DNA of 64,000 nucleotides from Octopus sinensis (taxonomy: Eukaryota). How positions within the stretch are numbered: position 1 is the stretch's first letter; each line of letters starts with the position of its first letter. The notes beneath the pieces are model-generated. The model was not told the DNA's origin. It worked only from the letters and a program-made list of their open reading frames with translations, and searched no databases. Shown here one piece after another: positions 56,050 to 64,000 of the stretch. The stretch covers positions 682,001 to 746,000 of the forward strand of contig NC_043015.1 of assembly GCF_006345805.1 (NCBI RefSeq). The letters are read 5' to 3'. The position numbers and the translations under genes were made by a program.

Positions 56050-56640
56050 CTCTCTCTGAATGAGAATATAGCTAAACATTTAAAAAGCGACGGCCAACAA
56101 AAGCTTGTTCATAGTGATATGAACAGTATATTATATGATGTGTTTTCACTCTATTCCAATTTATATTTATGATGTCCGTTGTTGGGATGTTCCTGCAAAG
56201 TTCTTGGATATCCTTGCTTGAAATGTTACAATGTTAATCAGCATCCTGAAGAAATTTCCTGTAGCTACTCTGCTGATCTTGTATTCTATCTAAATGGTAA
56301 ATAATTCTTTATGACCTCCAGCTTGCGTTTGTTACGTCTGTTTGCGTGCGTCTTTGATTTTGCGAGATTTTAGGTCACAAAGGATAATTTAGTTACGCCG
56401 TCTTAATAGTACCATAAGCGTATGCAGGTCTAAAACTCTCCTTCTCTGAAGTGGAAGTGGATCTCTCCTATCTTATCGTTAGAGGCAATAATTAATTTAT
56501 TCAGTTTAGCTTGTAGTTGAGCTCGCTATCTTTATAAGCGTTGACGAATCGGCCATTAACGTCAACTATGCTATTTATGTTCATGATATATTCATCGTTA
56601 TCCATATTAATTATTTTCAGGATCGTTTATGACATAGTTC
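56050..56640 (-). pseudogene. Degraded Penelope-like element RT
   Basis: Minus frames give GEF/RPAYAYGTIKT (cf. PGYAYGNVKTHK) and KDIQELCRNIPTTDII (cf. LDVESLFTNVPVDETI). Many stops. Confidence 0.6.
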
Positions 56641-57429
56641 AAAGCATATGAACAATAAGCCATTATCAGCATCATTTATTTTGAAGACGGGATGGTGAAA
56701 GCCTAAAAAGGTTTATAATACATTAATTGATTTTTGGAATGTTATCAATCCAAAATAGACTTATTCCGCTAATAAAGAGATTTGAAAAATATGATACAAA
56801 GACCGAACCTAGAATTGCACGCGATGCGTCTAGAAAACTCCTCCCTCGTAAACACTAACACCGTCTTTTCTATTATATTCGAGACTTCTTATCAGGTTCA
56901 TATCATGGAGCCTATAGTTAGCGATTCCTCTATGACACGCTCCCTCAATCAAAATCTGCGTATCTTCACGTTTTGACGCCAATTCCGTACGCATCTATCA
57001 TGCAGAGATTCCTAAAATATCCAAAATATTTACCACAGTCTACGTACATTCAACGGTATAAAGCACAACCATTATAGGGAGAAATTATCTTACATACAGA
57101 GAGAGCATCAGAAAACGAAACACACCTTAATGTCACCATTACTGAAATACAACCTATGAATACTAGGTTTCACACTCTCCGAAAATCTCTCCATCACAAG
57201 ACTAGTCTCTTGCTTCATGACCACCAGATGCTAGGATTGCCTAACTATTAAAACTCTACAGTGACCAAGAAGGGAATAAAGAATTTATATTAGGAACAAA
57301 CTTAGGTCTCCACTCTCACAACCCTTTTCAAGTGATACAAACGTTTCCAAGTTTTAGTAAGATTCTGTGATTAATCAAACTTCTGTTTTTATTTCTTGTT
57401 TCTTTTTTTTTATATTTCCCATTGTCTAC

Positions 57430-57815
57430 AATAGGCGTAGGAGATGCTGTGTTCGTAAGTAGCTTGCTTTCCAACCACATGGTTCCGGGTTCAGTCCCAC
57501 TGCGTGGCACCTTCGGCAAGTGTCTTTTACTATAGCCTCGGGCCGACCAAAGCCTTGTGAGTGAATTTGGTAGACGGAAACTGAAAGAAGCCCGTCGTAT
57601 ATATGTATATATACATATATGTACGTGTGTGTACATGTTTGTGTGTATGTGTTTGTCCCCCAACATCGCTTGACAACCGATGCTGGTGTGTAACTTATCA
57701 GTTCGGCAAAAACGACCAATATAATAAGTGCTAGGCTTACAAAGAATAAGTTCTTGGGTTGATTTGCTCGAGTAAAGACGGTGCTCCAGAATGGCCACAG
57801 TCATATGAGTAAAAC
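57430..57815 (+). mobile_element. SINE family A, full length
   Basis: Colinear with 25541-25965. Confidence 0.88.
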
Positions 57816-58248
57816 ATTATTATAAAAGCGCATACTGAACTAAATAATTTATTTCTATTAATTTCGGTCATGTAAAATGCTCTGATGATGACCATTGTTG
57901 TCACTTGAATAATACCACATTGGGGGTGGAGTAAAAATATGAAAATCACTGGCATTATAAAAGAGATAATTTGGGAAATGAAAAGGTGCTCATATTGATA
58001 CAAGTTCTGCATTTCAACGGAAACAATCTGTAAGGGAGAAGAGAAGAAAGTGTGTGCGAACTCACATTGAATGGAGTTGTATGTGGCCCGAAAAATCCAA
58101 AAATACAAACTGAACTGGTAGCTATACAAAATATTAAGAGAAGAGACAGTATTTGCCAGTGTTTCAGTTGGTTGGCAATGGATTTCCATTGGTCACTCTG
58201 GTGGTCATGGTGTAGAATGCGATCAAGGCCTTATGCTTTGTAATGTCA

Positions 58249-58499
58249 CATCTTGTGTTGTGTCCGAAAGGGAGTAATTTTCTTTTTGTGCCTTATAATG
58301 TAACACGCTCACCAGTAAAATTTCCACTTATTTCTTATTTTTATTTTCCTAAAATTTTCGTTGCGTCGTGCAAGGTTGCAAGATTCAACGAAAAGTTTAT
58401 GAAAATAAAAATAAGAAGTAAGTGGAAATTTTACCGATGAATGTGTTACATTATAAGGCACAAAAAGAAAATGACTCTCCCCAGACACAACAGAATATG
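58249..58499. mobile_element. Foldback/MITE-like near-palindrome (about 110-bp arms, about 22-nt loop)
   Basis: ttttctttttgtgccttataatgtaacac...ttttcgttg pairs with caacgaaaa...gtgttacattataaggcacaaaaagaaaa. The ORF track shows the same FLFVPYNVT peptide on both strands. Confidence 0.8.
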
Positions 58500-59219
58500 C
58501 TTCAACACACGAACCCTTATAAAGACTCTTGCAAACCAAATGCGAAAACGAAAAGTCACATCTGTTATCCCGTTAGAGTAATAGGACAACAGATTTTAAA
58601 ACAGGTAAAAATATTTAAATTATTAAAGGCAAAAATCGAGACTTCATCAATATTATTTTCAGGCACAGGTGAATTACCTATCTAGATATAAATAAATATG
58701 CATATATTAGTAATGAGGTGACCTGGATCGTGTTAGAATATATAATTGACAGAATATAAATTAGAAATTATTGATTTACCATAATTTTATTTAGGACAAA
58801 CAACACAATATGAATAAATAATTATATTAGAAAATGTTTTATATATCATACTGCAAATAGAAATATTTATTCTTCTGTAAAAAATGTTAAAGCTTCTGAT
58901 TTTTATACGGTTAATATGACTATTAAAACCATGAAATATGAATGAACACCGTACGGTGGTATCCAATTGCTGTTTCGAATCAGTTGTAATCTGTTTCTCA
59001 TTACATTTCCGAATCTGAATTTTATGCGTGTATCGTTTTCTAGCAAATGTAAGCGAGATGCATTGAACGAATAAGTATATAAAGGTTTTCATCTCTTGGA
59101 GAAAGGTCCTCCTCCAAAACCCACTAAAAAGTATTTGCTCGATCAGGAGTTATCACCCGGTGGGATAGAACCCGATCTTGCAAGCAAGAGGAGACGAAAC
59201 GTTTGCGAATAATTTCTAT

Positions 59220-59423
59220 ATACTCTTTTAATTGTTTCAGTCATTTGATTGAGGCCATGCTGGAGCACCACTTTCAGTCGAGCAAATCGACCCCAGGACT
59301 TATTCATTGTAAGCCCAGTACTTATTCTATCGGTCTCTTTTGCCGAACAACTAAGTTACGGTAACGTAAACACACCAGCATCTGTTGTCAAGCAATGTTA
59401 GGGGGACAAACACACACACATAA

Positions 59424-59454
<31 letters not shown>

Positions 59455-59545
59455 CACATACTCACACACACATACACTCATACATACACACACATACACG
59501 CTCACAAACACACACGCACATATATATAAATATATATATATATAT

Positions 59546-59598
<53 letters not shown>

Positions 59599-59795
59599 GT
59601 ATATATATATATATATATATAAATATATATATATACATATATATATACGACGGGCTTCTTTCAGTTTCCGTCTACCAATCCACTCACAATGCTTTGGTCG
59701 GATCGAGACTATAGTAGAAGACACTTGCCCAAGGTAAATCCGGAACCATGTGGTTGGCAAGCAAGCTACTTACCGCACAGCCAATCCTGCACTTA
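59220..59795 (-). mobile_element. SINE family A with about 250-bp internal microsatellite
   Basis: Tail at 59220-59410 and head at 59645-59795, separated by (CA)n/(TA)n. Confidence 0.85.
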
Positions 59796-60204
59796 TATCT
59801 ATTTACATTGCATACCCCTGCGCCTATATATCTATTTGCAGTGCATACAAAGTAGAACGCAGTTTTGCATCTAATTACAATATATATAACAAGCTAAAAG
59901 TATGGAATAATAGGGTTAAATTGAGATGCAATATAATGTACATATTAATGAGTATGCAATTTTAACCGATGCGTAAGTATAAAACGAGTGAGCAGCACAT
60001 GTTTTGTATCTAAATATGAATGGATTAATCTAGTTTGCAAGCTTTACTAGTTCCTGGTTGCATGTACTATACAACAAATACACGGACAATTATGCGTACA
60101 TTCATTTGAATTATAGACGCACAACATGCACCAATGTATATGCATATATACGCGAGCAATGTTACCTATATATGTATGCATGTATGTATCTATGTATGTA
60201 TGTA

Positions 60205-60237
<33 letters not shown>

Positions 60238-60559
60238 GTATTGTATATAATATATATATAATATATATATAATATATATATATATATATGATGGCCGTTC
60301 ACTTGTGATTGAGGAAGACCGTCGTTGACGTTCAGGAACTTATATTTTGCATTTTCAGCTTAGTTGGTGGCTAATGAGCCTTGCTCTTGACAAGCACACA
60401 CGACTGCAAACATTGCAAACCAAGCTTTCCCCATTCACTAAAGTGACTTCGAACTTTTGGTCAGGTAAGCCGTCACTCAATTTTAATGCATTTAAATTCA
60501 TCTCGGCCTCATGTAGTCTCCGTTATGTTGAAAATTTGTAGGATATCGCAAGGTCTGTT

Positions 60560-60970
60560 GAATCATAATTAGACTTATGGTAGGTTGTCTTAGCAAGAAT
60601 GTGTACAGAATATTTATTGATTCAATTTAAGAAGTGTTAATTGTTAGAATTGATTCACGCATGAAATGATTTGTAAGTAGGTGTATTTAGGTATGTCAGC
60701 TTCAGGTCATAAGGGTTAACAAGAGAATGTAGTTAGGTTGTTGGGTAACAGATTTGGTTGTGTTTAGATAATGATTGGATATTTTCCTTTTGGTTTGAAC
60801 ATGTGAAGTTTAAATCCCAGAATTCAGTGTAGTGTTTTCACATTTGTCATGAGATGCGTTTAGGGGTTTGTCAGTTTTTAAGGTATAAGAATTTAAATGT
60901 TCAGAAAAGGAATGTATGAAGATGGTAAAGTTTAGTAAGTAAACAGATTCGTATTATCCATATAATTTTT
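60560..60970 (-). pseudogene. Possible degraded Penelope-like RT C-terminal region
   Basis: Minus strand gives LNFTIFIHSFSEHLNSYTLKT and PNYILL...PY-like segments, reminiscent of the post-YVDD part of PLE RTs. Heavily decayed. Confidence 0.35.
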
Positions 60971-61267
60971 TATTTGTTTATATTGAGAGGTGTTGGTCAT
61001 TATTTCAGCATATCGCATGGTCATTAGTATGGAAATTTTGGTAATTATACGTTTTAATGTTCACGATATTATTTATTTAGGTTTAAATTTTCTTGGTCAG
61101 CTTATACTTCACACATACACAGATATAGTCACACAAACACATGCACACATACATACGTAAATATGTACAAACACACTCCCTCTCACACACACATACACAC
61201 ACGCACAGATACCTACGAACAAACACATATGGGGGTGCACACGTATGAATATACGCATAAATATATA

Positions 61268-61525
61268 TGTGGCTCCGCAGCTAGGGTCCTAATTTCATGA
61301 ACGGTCGTGTGTGGAACAAGACACATGCTCCAGTCTACTCAGTAGGTAAAAATTAGCTTTACCCATAATTCAAAAAGCCAGCTGTGTCACACTGACTCTC
61401 CCTAAGATCCATGTTAAAGGCATGCGCATCTGTGGGGTGTTCAGCCAATTTCATGTTAATTTCAAGGGCAGAGAGTTTTCTCGATTGATCTGTAATGCTC
61501 GTTGTCGTAACCGCCAAAGGACCAG
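61268..61525 (+). mobile_element. SINE family B, old copy
   Basis: gctccagtctactcag, gtgtcacactga and cgttgtcgtaaccg match the family B body. Confidence 0.65.
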
Positions 61526-61679
61526 GCGTACACAAACACTCGCACGCTCACGCACACACAGACATATATATACACACACACTCACACACATATGTATATT
61601 TATGTATATGTATATAACTATACCCTTATGTTCATGTATATACGTGTATGTGCGTGTGTATATGTATATGTAGATAGAC

Positions 61680-61770
61680 AGACAGATAAATAGTTAGGTA
61701 GGAAGATAGATTAATATATATCTATCTAACTATCTATATATATATATATATATTATATATATATATATAT

Positions 61771-61817
<47 letters not shown>

Positions 61818-61839
61818 TGAGAGATAGAGAGGTAGATAG

Positions 61840-61872
<33 letters not shown>

Positions 61873-61909
61873 CAGACAGATAGACATATAAATAGCTAGC
61901 TAGCTTGGC

Positions 61910-61974
<65 letters not shown>

Positions 61975-61980
61975 TAGGCC
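61680..61980. repeat. (TA)n, (GA)n and (GATA)n compound microsatellite
   Basis: Read directly. Confidence 0.92.
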
Positions 61981-63062
61981 GATGATTATCATTCTTACTA
62001 CAAATTTTATTTGTTTACAATTATCAGAGTTAATTAGACGTATTATCTTACTTGTAGATATGTATCTTTTATTTTTTAGCACTTATTCATTCTATCACTC
62101 GCTGTGGTTGGTATCAATTCTATGGTCGTCCTTAACGCTCCCAACAGGTTTGCCCGTGGGCTGAGTTACACGACTCATCCATTACTTCCGTTGCGGCAAC
62201 TAACAAGAATTTTGCCATTGGTCGCCACGCTGTGTGACTGGATGAAGCTATCTTTTGTTATGACCTGCTGGGGAATGTTAAAATGCTTCTCTCATTACGA
62301 GCGTCCATTCACGATGTGTATATTAGAGATATTATTTAAAAAAACATTTTCAGTTTAACATATTTCATAATTTTTGCCCTTTTAGCTATTTTTATTTCCC
62401 GGTTTCGTTATTAGCTCACATACAGTTTCTGTTATATTGAGCAGGTTCAGTTAATCTGATTTAGGTGATGAAACATCGGACGACCCTGATCCGGTGGCTG
62501 ACAATGGGTTACTTATATAATACATGTTTTATTGTTTTATTTCCTAATTCTGATCGTTTTCCCTTGTGCCATAAATGATATTGACAGTCCTTCCAATTCT
62601 AGCACAAGTTTTTCCCTTTTCGAAGGGCTTTTTACAATTGTTAAAAATGCCCTGCGTGGTTTTCGATTTTCTGTGACGTTTGGCAGTTTATTGGGTCCTT
62701 AAGCACCTTCCGATAAAAAGGACACATATTCATACATATATACATGCATAAACACAGGAACACACATATATATACATACATATGTACACAGACACACGCG
62801 CACGCACACAGACACATACAAATATATTTACACAGAGCATGGATGTTTTCGGAAGGCCTGTTTAAATTTTTAGATAATTGATAGAGTTGAAATCTTCCGG
62901 AGCATTGGGTTGGCATAACCCAAATGGTTAATATAGAGAAAATTGAATATATTAATATTTGAAAGAGCAATGGATTAATTATCCATGTAATTGAAATGCT
63001 GAGTTTCTTTCATATTGTATAATTTCCATTCTGCTTCACAACGTAATATTGTAATGGAGAAG

Positions 63063-63535
63063 GACGGCGAGCTGGCAGAAACGTTAGCACGTCGGGCGAT
63101 ATGCTTAGCGGTATTTCGTCTGCCGCTACGTTCTGAGTTCAAATTCCGCCGAGGTCGACTTTACCTTTCATCCTTTCGGGGTCGATGAAATAAGTACCAG
63201 TTAAGCACAGGGTCGATATAATCGACTTAATCCCTTTGTCTGTCCTTGCTTGTCCCCTCTGTATTAAGCCCCTTGTGGGTAGTAAAGAAATAGGTATTTC
63301 GTCTGCCGTTACGTTCCGAGTTTAAATTCCGTCGAGGTCGACTTTGCCTTTCATACTTTCGGAGTCGATAAATTAAGTACCAGTTACGCACTGGGATCGA
63401 TATAATCGAATTAATCCCTTTGTCTGTCCTTGTTTGCTCCTTGTGAGCAATAAAGACATAAGAAACGTTAGTGAGTCGGGCGGAACGCCTAGCGGTATTT
63501 CGTCTTTCTTTACGTTCTGCGTTCAAATTCCGAAT
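63063..63535 (+). mobile_element. SINE family E concatemer: head, two bodies and a further partial head
   Basis: gtatttcgtctgccg at 63111 and 63294 (offset 183), with junction aaagaaatag-gtatttcgtc. Confidence 0.88.
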
Positions 63536-63590
63536 TTGGGGTCCATCTAAATTTAAGATATTATCTAATGCACCTTAGGAGTGGCTGTGT

Positions 63591-64000
63591 ATAGGCGCGG
63601 GAGTGGCTGTGTGGTATGTAGCTTGCTAACCAACCACATGGTTCCGGGTTCAGTCCCACTGCGTGGCACCTTGGGCAATTGTCTTCTGCTATAGCCCCGG
63701 GCCTACCAATGCCTTGTGAGTGGATTTGGTAGGCGGAAACTGAAAGAAGCCTGTCGTATATATGTATATATATATGTGTATGTGTGTTTTTTTTTTCTGT
63801 GTTTGTCCCCCTAGCATTGCTTGACAACCAATTCTGGTGTGTTTACGTCACCGTCACTTAGCGGTTCGGCAAAAGAGACCGACAGAATAAGTACTAGGCT
63901 TACAAAGAATAAGTCCAGGGGTCGATTTGCTCGACTAAAGGTGGTGCACCAGCATGGCCGCAGTCAAATGACTGAAACAAGTAAAAGAGTAAAAGAGTAT
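63591..64000 (+). mobile_element. SINE family A, full length
   Basis: Colinear with 25541-25965 and ends aaaagagtaaaagagt. Confidence 0.9.

Noticed and set aside
57886-57925. CTGATGA followed by a TGAC/GTCA hairpin
   Set aside because: No GAAA or stem III follows.

Overview
AT-rich eukaryotic DNA, almost certainly octopus. This is inferred from the tRNA-derived SINE families and the very high load of (TA)n, (CA)n and (AAT)n microsatellites. I cannot support any host protein-coding gene. Nearly all ORFs in the track are translations of microsatellites or SINEs. The only long real ORF (13106-15463) belongs to a young, 5'-truncated R4/Dong-type non-LTR retrotransposon (RT, CCHC finger, PD-(D/E)xK endonuclease) inserted in an (AAT)n array. 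The rest is a transposon graveyard: several SINE families, Tx1/L1, RTE, Penelope-like RT remnants, a DD37E Tc1-like and a mariner transposase remnant, a Helentron/HINE-like element and foldback MITEs. Four signals go beyond routine annotation. (1) Type I hammerhead ribozyme motifs read directly from the sequence: three copies in an inverted plus direct repeat at 36.0-37.1 kb, one near-canonical copy at 31.5 kb in the loop of a long hairpin, and decayed copies at 1.0, 24.2 and 35.5 kb, all next to (TA)n tracts. (2) A ~530-560 bp non-coding element with no tRNA head, found five times, always inside (AAT)n and in the same orientation relative to the repeat as the Dong LINE, so possibly its non-autonomous partner. 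(3) SINE concatemers with the same ~184 bp unit and junction at two independent loci. (4) An unexplained 352-bp tandem repeat beside the DD37E transposase. Frequent single-base indels in homopolymers suggest sequencing noise, so fine details need read-level confirmation. All coordinates and alignments were done by eye.
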